This document shows, piece by piece, positions 19,732-28,234 of a DNA stretch of 64,000 nt. The stretch's first letter is position 1, and every line of letters starts with the position of its first letter. The notes under the pieces are model-generated. The model worked only from the letters and a program-made list of their open reading frames with translations. It was not told the DNA's origin and searched no databases. A program made the position numbers and the translations under genes. Source of the DNA: an uncultured Verrucomicrobiae bacterium (GTDB taxonomy: Bacteria; Verrucomicrobiota; Verrucomicrobiia; Chthoniobacterales; JAATET01); assembly GCA_963719495.1 (NCBI GenBank), contig CAVRCI010000002.1, positions 448,001 through 512,000 on the forward strand. Direction: 5' to 3'.

Positions 19732-20844
19732 TCATTCGAGCGTTTGGAGGTAGGTTACGATGTGGTCGATGTCGGAGTCGACGAGTTGCATGGCTGGCAT
19801 GAGGGCACCGGGCTTCATGTCGTGGGCTTCGGGATCCTTGATCCAATCGAAGAGGACCTTCGGAGTGTTGGGAAGCGACCCGCCGGCGATCGTCGTGCGG
19901 GTCGCCAGCTTGGTGAGGTCCGGGCCGAAGACGCGGGCTCCGAGGGCCCCGTCGACCACGTGGCAGTTGATGCAGGAATTCGCCGCGAAGAGCTGTCGGC
20001 CCAGCTCGACCGCGGGATCCGGGGACGTCGCCGGCGGGAGCAATTGCTGATTTCTCGCCCAAGCCTCGTAGTCCTCCGGTTTCTCGACGAAGACGCGCAG
20101 GAGCATATTTGCGTGCTGGGTGCCGCAGTATTCGGCGCAATTCCCAAGAAAAAGTCCGGTCTCGGTCGGCTCCAGCCACAGCTCGTTCGTGCGGTTGGGG
20201 ATCACGTCGGTTTTGCCGTTGAGCTGGGGCACCCAGAAACTGTGAATCACGTCGGCGGATTGGAGGGCCACACGGGTTGGGCGGCGGTCTTCGTCGGTGC
20301 TCAGTGGGATGTGGATCTCGTTGGCAGTCGTGAAGATCGTCTCGCCCGAAGCATTGAGATACTGCACCTCCCACCACCACTGGTGGCCGACGACTTTGAT
20401 GTCGAGAGCACTTTCGGGCAGCCGGGCATTCTGGATGTCCGCGATCGTTCGCGCGGTGACGAGCACGAGAACGACGGTGATCAAAATCGGCAGGACGGTC
20501 CACGCGAGCTCGATCTGGGTGCTTCCGTAGACCTGTGGTGGTTCCTGGTCGTCGTCACCGGGGCGGCGGCGGAATTTGAAAATCGTGTAGGTGAGAAGGC
20601 CGGCGACGACCACGAAAATACCCGCGCAGATGAGCAGAACGAGGAGCGACACCTCGTGGATCATGAGCGCCGGGGTCGACTTCGGGTCGAACATGTTGGA
20701 GACCGCGTGAGTGGTCACTCCATCGACGACCGTTTGGGCGGTCAGGCCGCTCGGTAGCGAGACCACGAAAACAGCCACGACGCGGCGCAGCCAAGGCGAC
20801 GAAGGCCACTTCCCAGAATTGCGTGAAGCCGTCGCGTGAACCAC
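19732..20844 (-). CDS. ctaC: Cytochrome c oxidase subunit II with fused cytochrome c (caa3-type); start uncertain, ORF open to 20937
   Basis: IELAWTVLP, GHQWWW, CuA ligands DVIHSFW..CAEYCGTQHANM, C-terminal CINCH. Confidence 0.92.
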   Translation of the reverse strand: MVHATASRNSGKWPSSPWLRRVVAVFVVSLPSGLTAQTVVDGVTTHAVSNMFDPKSTPALMIHEVSLLVLLICAGIFVVVAGLLTYTIFKFRRRPGDDDQEPPQVYGSTQIELAWTVLPILITVVLVLVTARTIADIQNARLPESALDIKVVGHQWWWEVQYLNASGETIFTTANEIHIPLSTDEDRRPTRVALQSADVIHSFWVPQLNGKTDVIPNRTNELWLEPTETGLFLGNCAEYCGTQHANMLLRVFVEKPEDYEAWARNQQLLPPATSPDPAVELGRQLFAANSCINCHVVDGALGARVFGPDLTKLATRTTIAGGSLPNTPKVLFDWIKDPEAHDMKPGALMPAMQLVDSDIDHIVTYLQTLE

Positions 20845-20991
20845 GAATGGTTTGATAGCAGGAGGGAGTCGAAAAGCCAATCCGATTGCGCGACATCGCT
20901 CACGTCTTCCGTCGCTTTCCAGGCTCTTCCGAATCACTGACCCTGAAAGGAGATAAGCCGCTCTGTTCGAGCGCTACGACGACGCAAGACT

Positions 20992-21027
20992 AAAAAGGCC
21001 GCCGCAAGCTTTTCTTGCGGCGGCCTT
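20992..21027 (-). terminator. Intrinsic terminator downstream of the tRNA-Met fragment
   Basis: Minus strand AAGGCCGCCGCAAG-loop-CTTGCGGCGGCCTT followed by a T run. Confidence 0.85.
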
Positions 21028-21032
21028 GAAAT

Positions 21033-21079
21033 TGGTTGCGGGAGTAGGATTTGAACCTACGACCTTCAGGTTATGAGCC
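21033..21079 (-). mobile_element. 3' fragment (47 bp) of initiator tRNA-Met; probable att site of an integrated island
   Basis: Minus strand GGCTCATAACCTGAAGGTCGTAGGTTCAAATCCTACTCCCGCAACCA gives the CAT anticodon loop, T arm and CCA; no D arm or 5' acceptor strand. Confidence 0.85.
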
Positions 21080-21799
21080 GTATTAACTCACTCTAAACCA
21101 ACAACTAAAAACTCTGCATCTCTGATGAGAAGACGTGCATCATGAGCAACAAGTGCAACATGAGCGACTGACAGACACACATCGCACGATTTTTCGGACA
21201 CACAAGTTTGCATTTCTTGCGGCTGGCTATGGCGCGGCGCGGAAAGCACGAGGTTGCCGTCTAAGAAAGTTAGCGTAGCGGTTAACGATTCACGCTAAAC
21301 GCCACTGGCATGAGGTAAATCCATGCCGAGGCCATGAGGTTCTTGAAGTCGATCACCGACGCGTCTGCGGGGGTGCGATTTTGGATCGTTCCAGCACGCT
21401 CGGGACGTTGGTGCAGACTCTGGCAGACAGCCAAGCCACTTCGCTATATTGCCACTCTGCAATGCCGGTGCTGGTTGGAAGTCATTGAATGAGGGGATGT
21501 TCCGTGGTTCTCGGCGCTTTGTTGGATGGAGTGGTGGGCCTGCGAAGAAAGGCACGGGGGCGAGAAACGCGTTCGACCTAGCTAGACTCTTTCCTGACCA
21601 CTGTTTGAGTTTTTGCAGCGTGTCAAACTGCACCCCGCCGGTTGAGTTGGTGGCATTCTCAATTGCTGCATGCCTTCAATCAGAATAATTGACCGCGGCG
21701 TTGCGAACTAAGGAAAGTCGCTCTGAGAAAAGCCAGTTGGCTGCGGCTTCGGATCGACCATTGCGGTAGATTGAGGGGTGACCACGGCAATTGGTCTCC

Positions 21800-22564
21800 C
21801 TACTTGAGCGTCATCAAATACTCGTAACTTTGACGGAGCGAATCGAGGGGATCGCCGGGGGTGGTGTCCTGCTCGACGACGAACCATTGGCAGCCGGCGG
21901 CTTCGGCGGCGGGGATGATGCGGCTGAAATCGAGGGTGCCGGCTCCGATCTCGCAGAAGTGGGGTTTGTCCTCGGCGGTGTAGGTGTAGTCCTTGAGGTG
22001 AATGAGGGGGAGGCGGCCGGTGAGCTTTTCGCACCAGGCGGCGACGTCGCCGCCGCCGTAGTGGATCCAGTAGGTGTCGAGTTCGGCCTGGAGGTGGGCG
22101 GGGTTGGTTTCGTTGTAGATGCGGTCGAGGGCGGTGAGGCCGTCGGTTTTGACGAATTCGATGCCGTGGTTGTGGTAGGTGAGGGTGATGCCCGCTGCGG
22201 CCATCATTTTGCCGGCGGCGTCGAGGTCGGCGATGAGGGCGCCGAGGCTGGCGGGATCGGTCATGTCGACTCCGGCGGGCCAGGGGTAGGCGGTGAGTTT
22301 GCAGCGGAGCTTCTCGAGGCGGTCGATCACTTTGGCCGTGTCGTGGCGGATGGCGTCGCCGTCTTCGTGGGTGGCGCAACAGACGAGGCCTTCGCCGTCG
22401 AGGATGGTGTTGAGTTCCTCTTCGGGGATGGGTCCCATTCCGCTGACCTGGACGGCGGTGTAGCCGACGGCGCGGACACGCTCGAGGGTGGCGGCGATGT
22501 CGGCGGGGGTCCGGAGGAGATCCCGGCAGGTGTAGAGCTGGGCGGCGATTTGGGTGGGTTTCAT
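21800..22564 (-). CDS. Sugar phosphate isomerase/epimerase (xylose-isomerase-like TIM barrel)
   Basis: AAQLYTCRD, YHNHGIEF, ELDTYWI, IHLKD, VVEQD. Confidence 0.88.
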   Translation of the reverse strand: MKPTQIAAQLYTCRDLLRTPADIAATLERVRAVGYTAVQVSGMGPIPEEELNTILDGEGLVCCATHEDGDAIRHDTAKVIDRLEKLRCKLTAYPWPAGVDMTDPASLGALIADLDAAGKMMAAAGITLTYHNHGIEFVKTDGLTALDRIYNETNPAHLQAELDTYWIHYGGGDVAAWCEKLTGRLPLIHLKDYTYTAEDKPHFCEIGAGTLDFSRIIPAAEAAGCQWFVVEQDTTPGDPLDSLRQSYEYLMTLK

Positions 22565-22642
22565 GATGGGGTCGTTGGGATTGGGGTCGGGGAGTTTGGC
22601 ACCTCGATGGCGGGAGGCCAGGTGGATTGGTGGCGCGGATGG

Positions 22643-24025
22643 TTAAGCCGTTAGATCTTCGTTGCGGTAGGCTTGGGCGAGGAGGGTGATGGGGTGGGCG
22701 ATGGTGAGGTCGGACTGGCTTTGGTCGATGCCGAATTGGAGTTGGACGGCGCAGCCGGGGTTGGCGGAGGCGATGACTTTCGCTTTGGTGCGGTGGACGT
22801 TGGTCATTTTACGGTCGAGGAGTTTTCGGGACATCTCGGGCTGGGTGATGTTGTAGATGCCGGCGCTGCCGCAGCACCAGGTGGACTCGGGGAGTTCTGT
22901 GAGGCGGAGGCCGGGGATGGCGCGGAGGATGGCGCGGGGTTGGCGGGTGATCTTCTGGCCGTGGCAGAGGTGGCAGGCTTCGTGGTAGGTGACGGTGATG
23001 GGCTCGGCGGGGGTGGGGTTTTTCGCGGGTTGGCGCGGGGCGCGGAAATCGATCTCGACGAGGTATTCGTGGATGTCCTTGAGCTTGCGGGACCAGGTGG
23101 CGGCGCGGTCGGCGTAGGTGGGGTCGTCGTGGAGGAGGTGGCCGTAGTTTTTGAGGTGGGAACCGCAGCCGGCGGCGTTGGTGATGATGGCGTCGAGGCG
23201 GTCGAGCGGGCCGGCGGCGGCTTCGAGGGCGTCGATGTTGCGGCGGAGAAGCTGGCGGGAGCGGTCGAGTTCGCCGTTGTGGGCGTGGAGGGAGCCGCAG
23301 CAGTGCTGGGCGCGGGGGGTGATGACTTCGCAGCCGTTGGCGAGAAGGACGTCGGCGGTGTCGCGGTTGACGTCGGGGCAGGTGAGATCCTGGACGCAGC
23401 CGGTGAGGAGGGCGACGCGGCGGGTGGCGGGGGTGGTCGCGGGCCGTTCGTGGGCGGCGATCTGGGCGTCGGAGAAGTGGCGGTGGATGCGGGGGGCGAG
23501 GGGTTCGAGTTCGCGGAGGCTGCGGGGGAGCAGGCGGGTGAGGCCGGTGCGGCGGACGAGGGATTCGAAGCCGCTGGCCTGGTGGAGATAGAGAAGGCGT
23601 CCGACGAGGCGGAGGAGGCGGGGGCGGGTGAAGAGCCGGCGGAGGGTGAGGGTGCGGACGAGATTGCGCCGGGGGGAGGCGCGGACGCCGGAGGCTTCGA
23701 TGTCGGCGCGGGCGCTTTCGAACATTTTGCCGTAGTGGACGTCGGCTGGGCAGACGGTCTCGCAGGCGAGGCAGCCGAGGCAGAAGTAGAGTTCGTCGCC
23801 GAAGGCGGGGGTGACGGGGAGGCGTTCTTCGGCGACGGCGCGCATGAGGGCGATGCGACCGCGGGGGCTGTTGCGCTCGAGTTTGGTCTCGTCGTAGGTG
23901 GGGCAGGTGGGCAGGCAGAGGCCGCAGTGGATGCACTGCTGGAGGACGGAGAAATCGAGGGCGGCGAGGTGGGGGGCGGGAGACGGGCCGGGCTTGCGGG
24001 GTGTGGGCGGGGCGGGTGGGGTCAT
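22643..24025 (-). CDS. glcF: Glycolate/2-hydroxyacid oxidase iron-sulfur subunit (GlcF-like)
   Basis: CIHCGLCLPTCPTY, SPRGRI, CLGCLACETVCP, two CCG domains (HCCGSL, WCCGSAGIYN). Confidence 0.87.
   Translation of the reverse strand: MTPPAPPTPRKPGPSPAPHLAALDFSVLQQCIHCGLCLPTCPTYDETKLERNSPRGRIALMRAVAEERLPVTPAFGDELYFCLGCLACETVCPADVHYGKMFESARADIEASGVRASPRRNLVRTLTLRRLFTRPRLLRLVGRLLYLHQASGFESLVRRTGLTRLLPRSLRELEPLAPRIHRHFSDAQIAAHERPATTPATRRVALLTGCVQDLTCPDVNRDTADVLLANGCEVITPRAQHCCGSLHAHNGELDRSRQLLRRNIDALEAAAGPLDRLDAIITNAAGCGSHLKNYGHLLHDDPTYADRAATWSRKLKDIHEYLVEIDFRAPRQPAKNPTPAEPITVTYHEACHLCHGQKITRQPRAILRAIPGLRLTELPESTWCCGSAGIYNITQPEMSRKLLDRKMTNVHRTKAKVIASANPGCAVQLQFGIDQSQSDLTIAHPITLLAQAYRNEDLTA
22644..22653. 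promoter_or_regulatory. Candidate LacI operator TAACGGCTTA (minus-strand copy)
   Basis: Exact motif copy over the glcF stop, 80 nt upstream of the isomerase start. Confidence 0.5.
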
Positions 24026-25476
24026 GGGAGGTCGAAGATTTTGCCGGGATTGAGGAGGTTGTGCGGGTCGAGGGCGCGCTTGAGGAGGCGCATGGTGTCG
24101 AGGCTGGCGTCGCCGATGGCGGCGGGGAGGTAGGGCTTCTTCGCGAGGCCGACGCCGTGCTCGCCGGTGATGGTGCCGCCGAGGGCGATGGCGTGGTCGA
24201 AGATCTCGCGCATGGCGAGTTCGACGCGCTCCATCTCGGGGTGGTTGCGCTCGTCGGTGAGGAAGGTGGGGTGGAGGTTGCCGTCGCCCATGTGGCCGAA
24301 GGTGGCGACGCGGAGGTCGTATTTTTTTGCGCTGGCTTGGACGAAGTTCACCATGTCGGCGAGGGCGCTGCGGGGGACGGTGGCGTCCTCGAGGATGGTG
24401 GTGGGCGAGAGGCGGGCGAGGGCGGAGAAGGCGGAGCGGCGGGCGGTGGCGAGGCGGGTGGCTTCCTCCTCGGTGGTGGCGGTCTGGAAGCCGGACGCGC
24501 CGTGGGCTTCGGCGATGGCGCGGATGCGGGTGGCTTCGTCGTCGACGACGGCGGGGTGGCCGTCGGTCTCGATGAGGAGGATGGCTTCGGCGTCGAGGGG
24601 GAGGCCGACGTGGGCGAAGTCTTCGACGCAGCGGATGGTGGTGCGGTCGAGGAATTCGAGGGTGCAGGGGATGATTTTGGCGGCGATGATGGCGGAAACG
24701 GTCTCGGCGGCGGCGTCCATGCGGGCGTAGGTGGCGAGCATGGTGCGGCGGGCGGCGGGGAGGGGCACGAGTTTGAGGAGGATCCTGGTGACGATGCCGA
24801 GGGTGCCTTCGCTGCCGATGAAGAGGTCTTTCATCGAGTAGCCGGCGACGTCTTTGACGCATTTGTTGCCGTAGGTGACGATCTCGCCGCTGGCCATGAC
24901 GACCTCCAAGCCCATGACGTAGTCGCGGGTGATGCCGTATTTGAGGCCGCGGAGGCCGCCGGAGTTCTCGGCGACGTTGCCGCCGATGGTGGAGATTTTC
25001 ATCGAGCCGGGGTCGGGCGGGTAGAGGAGTCCGGCGGCGGCGGCGAGGTCGGAGATCTTCTGGGTGATGACGCCGGGTTCGACGTGGAGGGTGAGGTTTT
25101 TTTCGTCGAGCTCGAGGACGCGGTCCATCTTGACGAGGCAGAGGACGATGCAGTCGGGGACGGGGACGCTGCCGCCGCTGAGGCCGGTGCCGGAGCCGCG
25201 GGTGACGATGGGTGTGGCGTGGGCGGCGGCGAGCTTGACGACGGCGGCGACTTCTTCGGCGGTGGTCGGGAAGACGACGACTCCGGCTTCGCCGTGGAGG
25301 GCGGCGGTGCCGTCGAAGCCGTAGGTGAGGAGGTGCTCGGGGTCGGTGAGGACGCGGTCGGGGGGGAGGGTCGCGCGGAGCTGGGCGTGGAGGGTCGCGC
25401 GGAGCTGGGTGTGGAGGGTCGCGCGGAGCTGGGTGTGGAGGGTCGCGCGGAGCTGGGTGTGGGGAGGGGCGGGCAT
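24022..25476 (-). CDS. glcD: FAD-linked oxidase, glycolate oxidase GlcD-like
   Basis: TRGSGTGLSGG, YPPDPGS, TIGGNVAENSGG, GSEGTLG, GHMGDGNLHP, TGEHGVG, LNPGK. Confidence 0.88.
   Translation of the reverse strand: MPAPPHTQLRATLHTQLRATLHTQLRATLHAQLRATLPPDRVLTDPEHLLTYGFDGTAALHGEAGVVVFPTTAEEVAAVVKLAAAHATPIVTRGSGTGLSGGSVPVPDCIVLCLVKMDRVLELDEKNLTLHVEPGVITQKISDLAAAAGLLYPPDPGSMKISTIGGNVAENSGGLRGLKYGITRDYVMGLEVVMASGEIVTYGNKCVKDVAGYSMKDLFIGSEGTLGIVTRILLKLVPLPAARRTMLATYARMDAAAETVSAIIAAKIIPCTLEFLDRTTIRCVEDFAHVGLPLDAEAILLIETDGHPAVVDDEATRIRAIAEAHGASGFQTATTEEEATRLATARRSAFSALARLSPTTILEDATVPRSALADMVNFVQASAKKYDLRVATFGHMGDGNLHPTFLTDERNHPEMERVELAMREIFDHAIALGGTITGEHGVGLAKKPYLPAAIGDASLDTMRLLKRALDPHNLLNPGKIFDLP
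25365..25462. repeat. 24-bp tandem repeat x4 in the 5' coding region of glcD
   Basis: GGAGGGTCGCGCGGAGCTGGG(C/T)GT four times, encoding H(T/A)QLRATL. Confidence 0.92.
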
Positions 25477-25586
25477 CGTGGCGGAGGGCTGGTGATTGGT
25501 GAGTGGTGATTGGTGAATGGTGAATGGTGGTGGGTTTAGGGAGGGGGTGGGGTTGGGTGGGGGGCAATTGGTTTAACGGGTTTGGC

Positions 25587-25596
25587 TAACGGCTTA
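25587..25596. promoter_or_regulatory. Candidate LacI operator TAACGGCTTA in the glcD/aldolase divergent region
   Basis: Exact motif; a weaker copy TAACGGGTTT at 25574-25583. Confidence 0.6.
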
Positions 25597-25695
25597 GGTG
25601 TTTCGGGCGGGCGGTCGCTTGATTCGGTGGGGGTGGCTATCCATGGGGGTGGCTATCCATTGTCTTTTTCCCTTACTCTTTCCTTCCCTCGATCC

Positions 25696-26529
25696 ATGAA
25701 ACAATACCGACTCAATCGACTCTTCAACCCTGCTTCCAACCATTGCTTCGATGTCGCCGTCGACCACGGATTTTTCAACGAGCGGGGCTTTCTCAATGGC
25801 ATCGAGGATCTGAAATCTTGCGTGGAGGCGTTGGTCGAGGCCGCGCCGGACGCGATTCAGTTGACGGTGGGGCAGGCGCGGTTGTTGCAGAGCATTCCGG
25901 GCAAGCGGAAGCCGGCGCTGGTGCTGCGGACGGACGTGGCGAACGTTTACGGGAAGGATCTGCCGCGGACGCTTTTCAGCAAAATGATCGAGGATCCGGT
26001 GACGCAGGCGGTGCGGCTGGACGCGACGTGCGTGGTGGTGAATCTGTTTCAAATCCCGGGCGAGCCGGAGGTGACGGCGCAGTGCGTGGACAACATTCTG
26101 CGGATCAAGCCGGCGTGCGACGCGTGGGCGATGCCGCTCATGATCGAGCCGCTGGTCTTCCGGTCGAACGCGGAGGCGGGGGGCTACATGGTGGACGGGG
26201 ATTTGGAAAGAATCCTGCCGCTGGTGCGTCAGGCGGTCGAGCTGGGGGCGGACATCATCAAGGCGGATTCGACGGATGACGTGGGTGATTACCACCAGGT
26301 CGTGGCGATGGCGGGAGACATTCCGGTGCTGGTGCGGGGTGGCGGGAAGGCGGGGGACGTGGAGATTCTGGAGCGGACGGAGGGTCTCATTGGGCAGGGC
26401 GTGGCGGGCATCGTGTATGGCCGGAACATCATTCAGCACGAGCATCCGGCGGGGATGACGCGGGCGCTGATGGCGGTCGTGCACGAAGGGGCGACGGCGG
26501 CGGAAGCGATCAAACTGGTGGCACGATGA
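25696..26529 (+). CDS. Class I (DhnA/FbaB-type) aldolase
   Basis: VAVDHGFF, MPLMIEPL, AVELGADIIK (Schiff-base Lys), VLVRGGG, GIVYGRNI. Confidence 0.87.
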   Translation: MKQYRLNRLFNPASNHCFDVAVDHGFFNERGFLNGIEDLKSCVEALVEAAPDAIQLTVGQARLLQSIPGKRKPALVLRTDVANVYGKDLPRTLFSKMIEDPVTQAVRLDATCVVVNLFQIPGEPEVTAQCVDNILRIKPACDAWAMPLMIEPLVFRSNAEAGGYMVDGDLERILPLVRQAVELGADIIKADSTDDVGDYHQVVAMAGDIPVLVRGGGKAGDVEILERTEGLIGQGVAGIVYGRNIIQHEHPAGMTRALMAVVHEGATAAEAIKLVAR

Positions 26530-27656
26530 GCGGCGGGACGATGCGGGTCGGGATCATCGGCGGCGGGCTGATGGGGCGGGAGGCGGCGAGTGCCTATGCG
26601 CGGTGGTTTGTGCTGGAGGATTTTCCGGTGCGGGCGGAGTTGGTCGCGGTGTGCGATTTGCAGCCGGCGCTGCTGGAGTGGTTCGAGCGGGTGCCGACGG
26701 TGCGGTTGCGGACGCCGGATTACCGGGAGTTGCTGGCGTCGGTGGAGGTGGACGTGGTTTACGTGGCGGTGCCGCACAATTTGCACGAGCGGATTTATTT
26801 GGACGTGCTGGAGGCGGGGAAGGATCTGTTGGCGGAGAAGCCGTTTGGGATCGATCTGGGGGCGGCGCGGCGGATTCGGGACGCGGCGGCGAAGTCGGGG
26901 CGGTTCGTGCGGTGCAGCTCGGAGTTTCCGTTTTTGCCGGGAGCGCAGCGGGTGATCGCGGCGGCGCGGTCGGGGGAATGCGGGCGGTTGCTCGAGGTGC
27001 GGTCGGGCTTTTGGCATTCCAGCGATCTGGATCCGGGCAAGGCGGTGAATTGGAAACGGCAGGTGAAGACTTGTGGCGAGATCGGGGTGATGGGGGATCT
27101 CGGGATGCACGCGGCGCACGTGCCGTTGCGGCTGGGTTGGCGGCCGGAGCGCGTTTACGCGCAGTTGCAGAAAGTTTACACCGAGCGGCCCGACGGGAAG
27201 GGCGGGATGGCGGCTTGCGACACGTGGGACAACGCGATGCTGCACACGGAGGTGCGGATCGACGGGCGGGCGGTGCCGCTGCGGATGGAAATGAAACGGC
27301 TGGCACCGGGCGAGACGAACACGTGGTTTCTCGAGGTGCTGGGGACGGATGGCGGGGCGCGCTTCAGCACGAAGGAACCGAAAACGCTGTGGACGTTTTC
27401 GCGCGGGAAGGAGCAGTCGTGGGGTCGGGTGGATCTGGGGTTTCAGACGCCGTTCAAGACGATCACGGGTGGGATTTTCGAGCCGGGGTTCCCGGATTGT
27501 TTCCTGCAAATGTGGGCGGCTTTCGCGGCGGAGCGGGCGGGGGCGCTCGGGGATCGGTTTGGGTGCGTGACGCCGGACGAGGCGGTGGCGAGTCACGAAA
27601 TTTTTGCGGCGGCGTTGGAATCGCACGCGGGCCGGAGCGCGGTGGAGTTGGCGTGA
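26526..27656 (+). CDS. Gfo/Idh/MocA family oxidoreductase
   Basis: VGIIGGGLMG, VYVAVPHNLH, AEKPFG, GDLGMH. Confidence 0.9.
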   Translation: MSGGTMRVGIIGGGLMGREAASAYARWFVLEDFPVRAELVAVCDLQPALLEWFERVPTVRLRTPDYRELLASVEVDVVYVAVPHNLHERIYLDVLEAGKDLLAEKPFGIDLGAARRIRDAAAKSGRFVRCSSEFPFLPGAQRVIAAARSGECGRLLEVRSGFWHSSDLDPGKAVNWKRQVKTCGEIGVMGDLGMHAAHVPLRLGWRPERVYAQLQKVYTERPDGKGGMAACDTWDNAMLHTEVRIDGRAVPLRMEMKRLAPGETNTWFLEVLGTDGGARFSTKEPKTLWTFSRGKEQSWGRVDLGFQTPFKTITGGIFEPGFPDCFLQMWAAFAAERAGALGDRFGCVTPDEAVASHEIFAAALESHAGRSAVELA

Positions 27657-28234
27657 AGCGGTCGGAGGTCAACGCGGCGGTGCGGGCGGCGACTGAGTGC
27701 TTCGCGCGAAGTGGCTGGGCGCTGCCGCCGGAGCCGCGGTGGGACGTGACGGATTTCGGTCTCGGGCGGTTCGCGGAATGCGGGCTGGTTCTCGTGAATC
27801 TGGCGGAGGAGCCGGAGTATTGCGAGAAGCTCATGTTTGCGGCGAAGGACCAACGGACGCCGGCGCATTGTCATCGGCAAAAGAAAGAGGACATCATCGC
27901 GCGGGCCGGGGCGCTGGCCGTGCGGGTGTGGGACGGGTCGCCGGAGGCGGCGGGGGAGGGTGAGTTTTTCGTGCCGGTGAACGGGGAGCCGACGGCGGTG
28001 CGGTCGGGGGACGTGGTGCGGTTGGCGGCGGGGTGTCGGGTCACGTTGGTGCCGGGGATTTATCACGAGTTCTGGCCGGAGACGGACGGGTGCGTGATCG
28101 GGGAGGTGTCGACGGCGAACGACGACGCGAATGATAATTTTTTTGTCGACGCGGAGGTCGGGCGTTTCCCGGGGATCGAGGAGGACGAGGCGGCGGCGGT
28201 GCGGCTGGTGTCCGACGGTGGCGATGGAGTCTGA
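27653..28234 (+). CDS. D-lyxose/D-mannose family sugar isomerase (cupin)
   Basis: KRSEVN start, WDVTDFGLG, YCEKLM, PAHCH..KKEDII, PGIYHEFW, GEVSTANDD..DNFF. Confidence 0.88.
   Translation: MKRSEVNAAVRAATECFARSGWALPPEPRWDVTDFGLGRFAECGLVLVNLAEEPEYCEKLMFAAKDQRTPAHCHRQKKEDIIARAGALAVRVWDGSPEAAGEGEFFVPVNGEPTAVRSGDVVRLAAGCRVTLVPGIYHEFWPETDGCVIGEVSTANDDANDNFFVDAEVGRFPGIEEDEAAAVRLVSDGGDGV

Noticed and set aside
21033..21110. Complete tRNA-Met
   Set aside because: The D arm and 5' acceptor strand are missing; treated as an att fragment
21080..21790. Integrase or other gene in the lower-GC stretch (ORFs 21295-21633, 21449-21688)
   Set aside because: No recognisable motifs or convincing starts; probably decayed island-end DNA
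25365..25462. Possible CRISPR array
   Set aside because: The repeats are contiguous with no spacers, are in frame in glcD, and no cas genes are visible
22643..25567. 974-aa GlcD-GlcF fusion
   Set aside because: The N-terminal half is an off-frame Arg/Pro-rich read-through of glcD; glcF starts at 24025 overlapping the glcD stop
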